Positions 12,640 to 24,466 of a DNA stretch of 33,600 bases are shown piece after piece. Each line of letters starts with the position of its first letter. Positions within the stretch are counted from its first letter, which is position 1. The stretch lies in the NCBI GenBank assembly GCA_031763465.1, contig JARFOE010000162.1, positions 9,192,370-9,225,969 of the forward strand, written 5' to 3'. The position numbers and the translations under genes were made by a program. Below the pieces are notes generated by a model. The model saw only the letters and a program-made list of their open reading frames with translations, made no database searches and was not told where the DNA came from. The stretch comes from Squatina squatina (Eukaryota).

Positions 12640-13529
12640 AGAGTCAGAGAATGAGACGGCACAGAAGGAGACCATTCGGTCCATTACGCCTGCGCAGGTT
12701 CTTTAAAAGATCTATTCAATTGGTCCATTCCCCTGCCCTTTCCCTGTAGCCTTGCAAATCTTTTTACTTTCAACTATGGCCCTGAATTTGTGGTCGGAGT
12801 CTTTCTGCGGGGAAATACCTGCGAGCTGGTGGTACGGGAGGTACGGTCCTGAATCTCTCCAGGTACCCACGAGTGGAGGCCCATGTATCCTGGGCTACAG
12901 GCGGTTTGCAAGCACCCCTGGGATCACATGGGCTGGCCCAACCAATGAAAGATGGGAATCCCCATTCATGCTTATGGAGATTCCGTCTGTACAGGAACCC
13001 CATAACTAAGAGTAGGAATACTCCAAAAATACATCTACACATCAATAACTAAATCAATCTAAACAGTTCAAATTCATTAAAATGCCATTTAATATTTAAA
13101 ACAAAAATATAATTGTTTGAAAAATAAATTCAAATGTTTTAAAAGGGCTAAAAATAAACTTGCATGGGTTTTTTAATGTATAAATGAGTGAAAAAAAATA
13201 TTTTAATGTTTTTTTTAAACACTTATGCTGGTAAAAGCAGGCATCACTGCTTTTACCAGGCTGGGAATATCAGGGGTATTTGCCGGGCAGAAGTTGGGCA
13301 AATAGCCCCAATCTCTGCCTGTGGAGGCCCTTTTCTCGGGGATGCGTTGGACCTGTCTGGAAAATTCTTGACAGATCACAAATTCCGGGTTTTCCCGCAT
13401 GTGCTTCGCACGAGAAGATGCGGAACTCGCGTGGCCCTTACGGGTGTGTATGTAACTCGTCCGTGCCCGGAGGGGCCGCAAATTAGGGACCTATCGATCC
13501 AATTTCCTTTTGAAAGTTACTATTGAATC
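12640..13529 (-). mobile_element. CR1 3' end (reverse) interrupted by the MITE at 12778-13491
   Basis: gcacagaaggagaccattcggtcca..ccctgtagccttgcaaat..ttcaac[tat] resumes as [tat]cgatccaatttccttttgaaagttactattgaatc after the insertion. Confidence 0.75.
12778..13491. mobile_element. Complete 714-bp MITE, PIF/Harbinger-like
   Basis: Imperfect TIRs ggccctgaatttgtggtc ... ggccgcaaattagggacc; TAT on both sides (12775-12777 and 13492-13494); AT-rich core; no coding capacity. Superfamily inferred from GG..CC ends and a 3-bp TSD. Confidence 0.8.
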
Positions 13530-13629
13530 NNNNNNNNNNNNNNNNNNNNNNNNNNNNNNNNNNNNNNNNNNNNNNNNNNNNNNNNNNNNNNNNNNNNNNN
13601 NNNNNNNNNNNNNNNNNNNNNNNNNNNNN

Positions 13630-13835
13630 ATAGGCCAGACCGGGTAAGGATGGCAGGTTTCCTACCCATAAAGACATTAGTGAACCCGTTGGGTTTTTAC
13701 GACAATCCAACAGCTTCATGGTCACTTTTACTGATAACCAGCTTTTTAAAACTGAATTTGAATTCTCAAACTGCCTTGATGGGATTTGAACTCACATTCT
13801 CTGGATCATTAGTCCAGTAACAGAACCACGACACT
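13630..13835 (-). mobile_element. tRNA-derived SINE, reverse orientation
   Basis: Reverse complement of the element at 25480-25772 (gacattagtgaacc..gggtttttacgacaatc); reverse B-box gggatttgaactc. Confidence 0.7.
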
Positions 13836-14850
13836 GACATATTGTGATCCAGTCTCCAGATTTGATGCAGAATTTCAGGCAGATTTGTATCCTGCGCAAC
13901 AGCAGGAAAGTTAGGTTCTTGAAGGGTTAACTGTGAGTGTGGTTTTAAACAGTAAGTGGCTGATCTGCAAGATTAGGTCGGCACTCAGAGGTTTAGCAGA
14001 CATCAGGGGAGGACCCAGGGAGATTCCAGCGATGTAGGAATCCGGAAAGTGCCCACACGGAGGCTGTTCTTTGTCCCTCATTACCCATGACTGATTAACC
14101 TGTCATCCAAATCACACATCATTCACTAAACATAGGTGAGTGTGCAGCACTCGTCCCTTGGGTCTGTGCATATGTTTGGGCTGGGCAGTCCAGACTGCCA
14201 CTCACCAGTTGTCATGTTCAGCTTGTATCCCCAAATGTGGCAGGTGCCACATGCCGAGTCTCTGTGTTACTCTTTACATATCTCAGCTCTGCTTGCGCTG
14301 GTAGTCCCAGCCATCAGGCTGACGGAGGAGATGGTCTTACCCAGCCTAGTGGCAATGCGGGTTCAGCAATACGATGCCAAATCTGGGACCTTGGCTGCAC
14401 GGACGCTGCCAACCGATTTGGAGGGAAATTCACTTGGCCTAATGCCCAGCCTTAAAATCTCAGCCAAAGCAGGAGGGATCAGCAAAGGAGATCAGGTAAA
14501 GCAAACACTGGCTATTCTCCAGGGAGTGCAGGTGGGTAGTGGCTGGTGTGTGGGATACAAGGGCACAGGCAAACTCCTCCTGTCCTGAGATGAGTGCGGA
14601 CGTGGTGATACCCATCTATACTGATCCATAAATCTATGGAACAAGCTCACCGGAGAGACGGAAATAGTTAGTATTGATTCATGCAAGTGCAAATTAGAAA
14701 GATTTCTTACAGAAAAGAACATTTTGGGATCCAGTATACAAGTAATTTGANNNNNNNNNNNNNNNNNNNNNNNNNNNNNNNNNNNNNNNNNNNNNNNNNN
14801 NNNNNNNNNNNNNNNNNNNNNNNNNNNNNNNNNNNNNNNNNNNNNNNNNN

Positions 14851-14985
14851 GACCAATCCAGTCACTGCTTTCCAAATGCGCTGCTATTATTACATCTTTA
14901 ATAACGGACTCTAGCATTTACCCGTGGTGAGATTTGAACTCAGATTCTGCAGATTATTAGTCCAGGCCTCTGGATTGCTACTACC
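14851..14985 (-). mobile_element. CR1 ORF2 fragment abutting a reverse SINE head
   Basis: Minus-strand translation MLESVIKDVI.AAHLE; gagatttgaactc..attagtccaggcctctggattgcta matches the SINE head near 13780-13830. Confidence 0.55.
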
Positions 14986-16004
14986 TGAGCTGAAAGAAAA
15001 ATACACTGAGATGGCTGTTCAGGGGATCAGGAGATCAGTGCCCAGATTCCAGTCAGCCCTGTACTCCCTGAGCAGGCTAATAAAGAGCCAGGTTATCATC
15101 ATACTTGTCGCCCTTTGCTTGTCGTGTTTCTGCAGTTCCAATGTGTATTTTCCTGCAATCCTTGCATTTGGGGATTAGCCGTGTCTTTGCTTGTTATTTA
15201 AAGAGATCAGTGGGGTCAAAGGTAACGCCAGCAGTCACTGCTTTTGACATTTATTTTCAATCATCTCCTGTTATAATCTTGTCATCTGGTCCCTTGCCAA
15301 TTGCTTGCTAGCTACGCCCATGGATTGTGTCACAACAGTTCAGATCAGTGTTGCTATGGTTTCACCACAAGTTAGCATTTAGTGCTACAAAGAAGAAATC
15401 CATTAGACAGAATCTATTTTTTGCCCCTGTACTCTGTGCGAATGCTTTTCATATCTGTCTTCACTCCCCAAACATGTTGGGCAATAAGGTATCTTGCAAG
15501 TTAAGTAGTTTCTATCCTTGATGACTGCAGCTTGAGGTTTAGCAGAGATCAGTATTGCACGTGTTGTTTAAATGCAAATGTAAAAAAGTCCCTGAATGAT
15601 TTCCTGGAATTTCAGTGAGCAAACGTTGTTTGAAGTGTCTTTTTGCTCTGCCACTATACTGGAGTTCCTAGCACATTTATTGTAAGCAGATTAGCATCTT
15701 CACTAGTGGAGAGAAGAACTTCAAATGAATGAGTTTAGTGTAGGTCTGATAGTCACCCACAAAGTCAGCTCAAGGCCCAAGGGTCGGGAGCTACACCTCA
15801 GACATATTTATTTCTGTATTGCTATCTAACTCCAATTCCGTTGCTTCCTATTTGCCCCTCAGATTAGACACCCCTTCCATGTCCAGATGTCTTCATGAAC
15901 AAATTAAGTGGAAAGTGTCGATCCAAGCTTGGTCACGAGGTGCATCTGGGTAGTGCAGAGGGTGCATTATTGGCCTGTGTTCTCTCACTCTGAGAATTGG
16001 GTAA

Positions 16005-16155
16005 AAACAAAAGTCTTGCAGTTATATAGCGCCTTTCACGGCCTCAGAACATCACAAATTGCTTTGCAGCCAATGTAGTGCAGTCACTGTTATAATTTAG
16101 GAAACACAGAAAACAATTGGAGCACAGCAAGGTCCCACAAACAGAAAGTGATAAT
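16005..16155 (-). mobile_element. SINE 3' tail (Deu-SINE/L2-type), reverse orientation
   Basis: cttgcagttatatagcgcctttcac..gctttgcagccaatg..gcacagcaaggtcccacaaacag. Confidence 0.65.
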
Positions 16156-16157
16156 TC

Positions 16158-16731
16158 CATAGAATGAACAGCACTGAACAGTCGATTCGGCCCATCAGAC
16201 CCACAGCGGTGTCTCTGCTCCACATGAGCTTCCTCCCAGCCCTCTTATTAAACCCATTTGAATCTCCTTCGATCCCTTTCTCAGTCATGTGTTGATCCAG
16301 CTTCCCTTTTATTCTCTTCTATTCACGGAACCACTCCCTGTGGGAGCGAGTTCCACATTCTCACCGCTCTCTGGGTGAAGAAGTTTCTCCTAAATTTCCC
16401 ATTGAATTTATTAGTGACTATCTTATATTTATGGCCCTATANNNNNNNNNNCTCTGTGTCTAGCACATCAAGCCCTTTCATAAACTTAACGTCCCCTATC
16501 AGGTCCTCCTGCCACCTTCTCTTTTCTAAAGTTTGGTCAATCTTTCCTGATAGGTATAAATTCTCAGTTCTGGCAACATCCCTGTAAATCTTTTGTGCAC
16601 CTTCTCCAGTGCCTCTATATCCTGTTATAATACGGAGACCAGAACTGTGCACAGTGCTCCAAGTGTGGTGTAACCGAGTACACGGGAGACCAGAACTGTG
16701 CACAGTGCTCCAAGTGTGGTGTAACCGAGTA
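16158..16731 (-). mobile_element. CR1 LINE ORF2 C-terminus and 3' UTR, degraded
   Basis: PHLEHCAQFWSP and LEKRRWQEDLIGDVKFMKGLD in different frames. Confidence 0.85.
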
Positions 16732-18146
16732 NNNNNNNNNNNNNNNNNNNNNNNNNNNNNNNNNNNNNNNNNNNNNNNNNNNNNNNNNNNNNNNNNNNNN
16801 NNNNNNNNNNNNNNNNNNNNNNNNNNNNNNNATAGCTGAAAATAGGTAGGCATGTTGCTCACCCAATTACAGGCCCATCTGAAGATTACATCAAGTGGGC
16901 CTTGGGCATCCATGGAGCAGTTGAGATGACCCCACCGCCCCTCTGCCCCCAATCATCAACAGCCAGCCACCAATTTTTCAGGTGAGATGATATTTGAAAA
17001 ATGCACACAGGAGCTGAAGCATAGTGGAACGTTCTCAACAGGACCTTGTATCTCACACCATTTTGTTGCATTTTGGAATTGTCTTTTTGATTGTCCAGGA
17101 GTAGAATCATGACATGTAATTCTAATTAAATCAACAGTTTTGACCCATTGATCTTCTTTAGCCATCTTCCACAGTTTAAACTTTCATTTAGGGTGGGCGA
17201 TCTGATTAAGTAGTCTCTTCCATTAGATAGATACTCAGTAACATGAAGGATGGCCTGCTTTGGAGCGGGGTCCTAACCAGGTCAGAACTTTGTAGAGACA
17301 TTAGAGGTTAATACAGAATGTATACAAATGTAAAACCGTGTTAATATACAAGAGGACCAACTATTCACTGCTTTGCAACAGTAACTGGGAACAATGCCGC
17401 ACAAGGGATTTGATTCCATCATCCATAAAGATTCAATTAAGTATTTCCCATTAGCTGCCTTGTTGCTTCCACATGGATGATAAATTCACTCCTGCTTTCC
17501 CTGGAGAAAATCACATTCGTGTTTATTAGTATGCTTTTTAGTGAAATATAGCTTAAAGGCCTTTCCGATGAGGCATGACATGATGCAACCACATTAGCCA
17601 TTTCTGATTTTTACTATCGAAATTATTATTTTGCTTGGAAGGTTTGAATGAATGAACTACTCCTACAGTGGATTGTGGTAGAAATATGTAAAGGGTGATT
17701 TTCCCCAGATATTTTAGGTGCTAAAGAGCCTCCGAGGTGGCCAAGATGGGGTATTAAGCTGAAACGCTGGTTTAGCCCACATTTAGCACAAGACGCCACC
17801 TTGGTAAAACAGTTGAAGCTTGCGCTAGGAACGGCCACCTGGAGGATTGTTAAGCAACTGGTTGCCACTTAAATCACCTGCTAGCTCTCTTTAAGGAAGC
17901 TGTGCTGCATTTTGGTGACTAGCACTTGACCTAACACCTCTTTTAACAGCGATCAGCTGATTGGGAGTAAACTAGTTGTTGCAGAGGATTTTAAGCACTA
18001 CTTAAAGATGTATCACCTTTTACTGTTCACTTGCTGCTGGAGGTTTNNNNNNNNNNNNNNNNNNNNNNNNNNNNNNNNNNNNNNNNNNNNNNNNNNNNNN
18101 NNNNNNNNNNNNNNNNNNNNNNNNNNNNNNNNNNNNNNNNNNNNNN

Positions 18147-21100
18147 TGATTAAAGTCGAACGCTGAGCAAAATGTTGCAGTGTCTAAAATTGGGCAGTGG
18201 GTAAAATTAATTTGTGTGTAAAATCGAGCAGTGAGTAAAATCGAGAGGTGTGTACAAATGAACATTGCAATATCGAGCAGTGAGTAAAATTAAGTGGTGT
18301 GTAAAATCGAGTAGTGTGGAAAATCGAACTTCATAAAAACGAGCGGTGAGTAAAATCAATCTTTGTAAAATTGAATGGTGAATAAAATCGATCTTTGTAA
18401 AATCAAGCGGTGAGTAAAATTGAAGATTGTAAATCGAGCAGTGTCTAAAATTGGGCGGAGTTAATAATTGACTAGTGTGTAAAATTGAGCGGAGTGTAAA
18501 ATTGAGAGGAGTGTAAAAATGAACTAATTAAATTCGAGCATGAGTAAAATCGAAATTTGTAAGATCGAGAACTATGTAAAATCAAACATTGTAAAAATCA
18601 AGGGGTTAGTAAAATCCAACTTTGTAAAATCGCACGCTGTATAAAGTTGAGTGGTGTTTGAAATTGAACTTTGTAAAATCAAATTGTGTGCAAAATCAAT
18701 CTAATCATTAAATTGATGTTCGTAAAATCGAGTGGTGATTAAAATCAAGCAGTGTGTAAAAGCAAGCGTTGTGTACATATGTACTTTGTACTACCAAGCA
18801 GCGATTGACATCGAGCCGTGAGTAAAATCAAGCAGTGTCTAAAATTGGGCAGAGGTTAAAATTGAGTAGTGCGTAAAATCGAGAGGTGTGTAAAAATGAA
18901 CTTAGTAAAATCGAGTGGTGAGTAAAATCGAGTGGTGAGTAAAATCGAGTGGTGAGTAAAATCGAGTGGAGAATAAAATTGACGGGTGAGTAAAATTGAG
19001 TGGTGGGTAAAGTCGAGTGGTGACTAAAATCGAGTTCTGAGTAAAATCAAGATGTGTGTAAAATCAAGCTGTGCGTAAAATCGAGTGGTGAGTAAAATCG
19101 AGCAGTGAGTAAATTCGAGAGGTGAGTAAAATAGAGCAGTGTGTAAAATCGAGCGGTGAGCAAAATCGAGCAGTGTGTAAAATCGAGAGCTGAGTAAAAT
19201 GAAGCAGTGTGTAATATCAAGTAGTGAGTAAAATCAAGTGGTAAAATCAAGTAGTGAGTAAAATCGAGCGGTGAGTAAAATCGAGAGGTGAGTAAAATCA
19301 AGTGATGAGTAAAATCAAGCGGTGAGTTAAATCAAGTGGTGAGTAAAATCAAGCGGTGAGTAAAATCGAGAGGTGAGTAAAATCGAGCAGTGTGTAAAAT
19401 CGAGAGGTGAGTAAAATCAAGCAGTGTGTAAAATCAAGTGGTGAGTAAAATCGAGTGGTGAGTAAAATCGAGCGGTAAGTAAAATGAGCAGTGTGTAAAA
19501 TCGAGAGATGAGCAAAATCAAGCGGTGTGTAAAATCAAACGGTGAGTAAAATCGAGTGGTGAGTAAAATGATATGGTGAGTAAAATCAAGCGATGAGTAA
19601 AATCGAGCGATGAGTAAAATAAAGTGGTGAGTTAATTCGAGCGATGAGTAAAATCAAGTGAGGAGTAAAATCGAGAGGTGAGTAAAATCAAGCGGTGAGT
19701 AAAATCAAGCGGTGAGTAAAATCAAGTGGTGAGTAAAATTGAGAGGTGTGTAAAATCAAGCTGTTCGTAAAATCGAGCAGTGAGTAAAATCGAGCAGTTA
19801 GTAAAATCGAGCAGTGTGTAAAACTGAGAGGTGAGTAAAATCGAGCGGTGAGCAAAATCGAGCAGTGTGTAAAATCGAGAGATGATAAAATCAAGCAGTG
19901 TGTAAAATCAAGTGGTGAGTAAAATCGAGCGGTGAGTAAAATCGAGCAGTGAGTAAAATCAAGTGGTAAGTAAGATCGAGCAGTGTGTAAAATCGAGAGG
20001 TGAGTAAAATGAAGCGGTGAGTAAAATCGAGCGGTGAGTAAAATCAAGAGGTGAGTAAAATCGAGTGATGAGTAAAAGAGAGCCATGAGTAAAATCAAGC
20101 AGTGTGTAAAATCAAGTGGTGAGTAAAATCGAGCGATGAGTAAAGTCAAGTGGTGAGTAAAATCGAGCGGTGAGTAAAATCTCGTGGTGAGTAAAATTAA
20201 GTGGTGAGTAAAATCAAGTGCTTAGTAAAACCGAGGGGTGAGTAAAATCGAGTGGTGACTAAAATCGAGTGGTGAGTAAAATCAAGATGTGCGTAAAATC
20301 AAGCTGTGCGTAAAATCGAGTGGTGAGTAAAATCGAACAGTGAGTAAAATCGAGCGGTGAGCAAAATCGAGCAGTGTGTAAAATCGAGAGCTGAATAAAA
20401 TGAAGCAGTGTGTAATATCAAGTGGTGAGTAAAATCGAGTGGTAAAATCAAGTGGTGAGTAAAATCGAGTGGTAAAATCAAGTAGTAAGTAAAATCGAGC
20501 GGTGAGTAAAATCGAGAGGTGAGTAAAATCAAGTGATGAGTAAAATCAAGCGGTGAGTAAAATCAAGTGGAGAGTAAAATCAAGTGGTGAGTAAAATCGA
20601 GCGATGAGTAAAATCAAGAGGTGTGTAAAATCAAGCTCTGCGTAAAATCGAGCGGTGAGTAAAATCGAGCAATGAGTAAAATCGAGCAGTGTGTAAAATC
20701 GAGAGGTGTGTAAAATCGAGTGCTGAGTAAAATCGAGCGATGAGCAAAATCGAGCAATGTGTAAAATTGAGAGATGAGTAAAATCAAGCACTGTGTAAAA
20801 TCAAGTGGTGAGTAAAATCGAGAGGTAAATTCAAGTGGTGAGTAAAATCGAGCTGTGAGTCAAATCGAGAGGTGAGTAAAATCAGATGATGAGCAAAATC
20901 AAGTGATGAGTAAAATCAAGCGGTGAGTAAAATCGAGCGGTGAGTAAAATCAAGAGATGAGTAAAATCAAGCAGTGTGTAAAATCGAGAGATGAGTAAAA
21001 TCAAGCAGTGTGTAAAATCAAGTGATGAGTAAAATCGAGTGGTAAAATCAAGTGGTGAGCAAAATCGAGCAGTGAGTAAAATCGAGGGGTGAGTAAAATT

Positions 21101-24100
21101 GAGTGGTGAGTAAAATCGAGCGGTGAGCAAAATTGAGTGGTGAGTAAAATCGAGTGGTGAGTAAAATCAAGTCGTGAGTAAAATTGACGGGTGAGTAAAA
21201 TTGAGTGGTGGGTAAAATCGAGTGGTGACTAAAATCGAGTGGTGAGTAAAATCAAGAGGTGCGTAAAATCAAGCTGTGCGTAAAATCGAGCAGTGAGTAA
21301 AATAGAGAGGTGAGTAAAATCGAGCAGCGTGTAAAATTGAGCGGTGAGCAAAATCGAGCAGTGTGTTAAATCGAGAGATGAGTAAAATGAAGCAGTGTGT
21401 AATATCAAGTGGTGAGTGAAATCGAGTGGTAAAATCAAGTAGTGAGTAAAATCGAGCGGTGAGTAAAATCGCGAGATTAGTAAAATCAAGCGGTGAGTAA
21501 AATCAAGTGGTGAGTAAAATCGAGCGGTGAGCAAAATCGAGTGGTGAGTAAATTTGAGCGATGAGTAAAATCGAGAGGTGAGTAAAATCAAGTGGTGAGT
21601 AAAATCGAGAAATGAATAAATTCAAGTGGTGAGCAAAATCGAGCGGTGTGTAAAATCAAGTGGTGAGTAAAATTGAGTGGTGAGTAAAATCGAGGGGTGA
21701 GTAAATTTGAGCAGTGAGTAAAATCGAGCGGTGAGTAAATTTGAGCAGTTTGTAAAATCGAGCAGTGTGTAAAATCGAGAGATTAGTAAGTTTGAGCAGT
21801 GTGTAAAATCGAGCAGTGTGTAAAATCGAGCGGTGAGTAAAATCGAGCAGTGTGTAAAATTGAGAGGTGAGTAAACTTGAGCAGTGTGTAAAATCGAGCG
21901 GTGAGTATAATCGAGCAGTGTGTAAAATCGAGAGGTGAGTAAAATCGAGCGGTGAGTAAAATCGAGCAGTATGTAAAATCGAGAGGTGAAAAAAATCAAG
22001 CGGTGAGTAAAATCGAGCGGTGAGAATAATCAAGTGGTGAGTAAAATCGAGCAGTGAATAAAATCTAGAGGTGAGTAAAATCAAGCAGTGTGTAAAATCG
22101 AGCGCTGAGTAAAATCGAGTGGTAAGTAAAATCAAGTGGTGAGTAAAATCAAGTGGTGAGTAAAATCGAGAAATGAGTAAAATCGAGTGGTGAGTAAAAT
22201 TGAGGGGTGAGTAAAATTGAGTGGTGACTAAAATCGAGCGGTGAGTAAAATCAAGAGGTGTGTAAAATCAAGCTGTGCGTAAAATCGAGCGGTGAGTAAA
22301 ATCGAGCAGTGAGTAAAATCGAGCAGAGTGCAAAATCGAGAGGTGAGTAAAATCGAGCGCTGAGTAAAATCACGCGGTGAGCAAAATCGAGCAGTGTGTT
22401 AAATCGAGAGATGAGTAAAATGAAGCAGTGTGAACATCAAGTGGTGAGTAAAATCGAGTGGTAAAATCAAGTAGTGAGTAAAATCGAGCGGTGAGTAAAA
22501 TCGCGAGGTTAGTAAAATTGAGCGGTGAGTAAAATCAAGTGGTGAGTAAAATCGAGTGGTGAGCAAAATTGAGTGGTGAGTAAATTTGAGCAATGAGTAA
22601 AATCGAGAGGTGAGTAAAACGAAGTGGTGAGGAAAATCAAGTAATGAGTAAAATCAAGTGGTGAGTAAAATCAAGTGGTGAGTAAAATCAAGTGGTGAGT
22701 AAAATCGAGCGATGAGTAAATTCATGTGGTGAGCAAAATCGAGCGGTGTGTAAAATCAAGTGGTGAGTAAAATTGAGTGATGAGTAAAATCGAGTGGCGA
22801 GTAATATCGAGGGGTGAGTAAAATTGACTGATGAGTAAAATCGAACGGTGAGTCAAATCGAGCGGTGAGTAAAATCGAGCAGTGTGTAAAATCGAGCAGT
22901 GAGTAAAATCGAGTGGTGAGTAAATTTGAGCAGTGAGTAAAATCGAGGGGTGAGTAAATTTGAGCTGTTTGTAAAATCGAGCAGTGTGTAAAATCGAGCG
23001 ATGAGTATAATCGAGCAGTGTGTAAAATCGAGAGGTGAGTAAAATCAAGCAGTGAGAAAAATCAAGTGGTGAGTAAAATCGAGCAGTATGTAAAATCGAG
23101 AGGTGAGAAAAATCAAGCGGTGAGTAAAATCGAGCGGTGAGAATAATCAAGTGGTGAGTAAAATCGAGCAGTGAATATAATCAAGAGGTGAGTAAAATCA
23201 AGCAGTGTGTAAAATCGAGCGCTGAGTAAAATCGAGTGGTGAGTAAAATCGAGTGGTGAGTAAAATCAAGTGGTGAGTAAAATTGAGTGGTAAGTAAAAT
23301 CGAGTGGTGAGTAAAATTGAGGGGTGAGTAAAATTGAGTGATGAGTAAAATTGAGTGGTGACTAAAATCGAGCGGTGAGTAAAATCATGAGGCGTGTAAA
23401 ATCAAGCTGTGCGTAAAATCGAGCGGTGAGTAAAATCGAGCAGTGAGTAAAATCGAGCAGTGTGTAAAATCGAGAGGTGAGTAAAATCGAGCACTGAGTA
23501 AAATCGAGGGGTGAGCAAAATCGAGCAGTGTGTAAAATCGAGAGATGAGTAAATTCAAGCAGTGTGTAAAATCAAGTGGTGAGTAAAATCGAGTGGTAAA
23601 ATCAAGTGGTTAGTAAAATCGAGCGGTGAGTAAAATCGAGAGGTGAGTAAAATCAGGTGATGAGTAAAATCAAGCGGTGAGTAAAATCAAGTGGTGAGTA
23701 ATATCGAGCGATGAGTAAAAGGGAGCAAGGAGTAAAATCAAGTGGTGTGTAAAATCAAGTGTTGAGTAAAATCGAGCGATGAGTAAATTCAAGTGGTGAG
23801 TAAAATCGAGCGGTGAGTAAAATCTTGTGATGAGTAAAATTGAGTGGTGAGTAAAATCAAGTGGTGAGTAAAATCGAGTGGTGAGTAAAATCGAGTGACA
23901 AGTAAAATCGAGTGGTGAGTAAAATCGAGCAGTGAGGAAAATCGAGCAGTGAGTAAAATCGAGCAGTGAGTAAAATCAAGCGGTGAGTAAAATCGAGAGG
24001 TGAGTAAAATCGAGCAGTGAGTAAAATCAAGCGGTGAGTAAAATCGAGTGATGAGTAAAGAGAGCAATGAGTAAAATCAAGTGGTGTGTAAAATCAAGTG

Positions 24101-24466
24101 GTGAGTAAAATCGAGCGATGAGTAAATTCAAGTGGTGAGTAAAATCGAGCGGTGAGTAAAATCTAGTGGTGAGTAAAACTGAGTGGTGAGTAAAATCATG
24201 TGGTGAGTAAAACCGAGGGGTGAGTAAAATCGAGTGGTGAGTAAAATCGAGCAGTGAGTAAAATCAATGGTGAGTAAAATCGAGCGGTGAGTAAAATCGA
24301 GCAGTGTGTAAAATCGAGATGTGAGTAAAATCAAGCAGTGTGTAAAATCGAGAGATGAGTAAAATCAAGCAGTGTGTAAAATCAAGTGGTGAGTAAAATC
24401 GAGTGGTAAAATCAAGTGGTGAGCAAAATCGAGCAGTGAGTAAAATCGAGGGGTGAGTAAAATTGA
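18147..24466. repeat. 17-bp tandem satellite, consensus AAAATCGAGCGGTGAGT, about 370 units, filling a whole contig
   Basis: Unit counted directly (e.g. aaaatcgagtggtgagt x3 near 18907-18960). Minus-strand ORFs repeat every 17 aa (51 nt = 3 units). Degenerate at 18147-18900, regular afterwards. Confidence 0.97.

Noticed and set aside
19047-24334. Many minus-strand ORFs with LLTARFYSPLDFTH repeats as a repetitive protein
   Set aside because: They follow from a 17-bp unit lacking stops on that strand; they use non-ATG starts, occur in all frames and end at CpG-decay TGA codons.
18147-24466. CRISPR array or other repeat-spacer system
   Set aside because: Units are head-to-tail with no unique spacers, there are no cas genes, and the context is vertebrate.
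18905-24466. CENP-B box or telomeric repeat
   Set aside because: The 17-bp length is coincidental; the TTCG....A..CGGG core and TTAGGG are absent.
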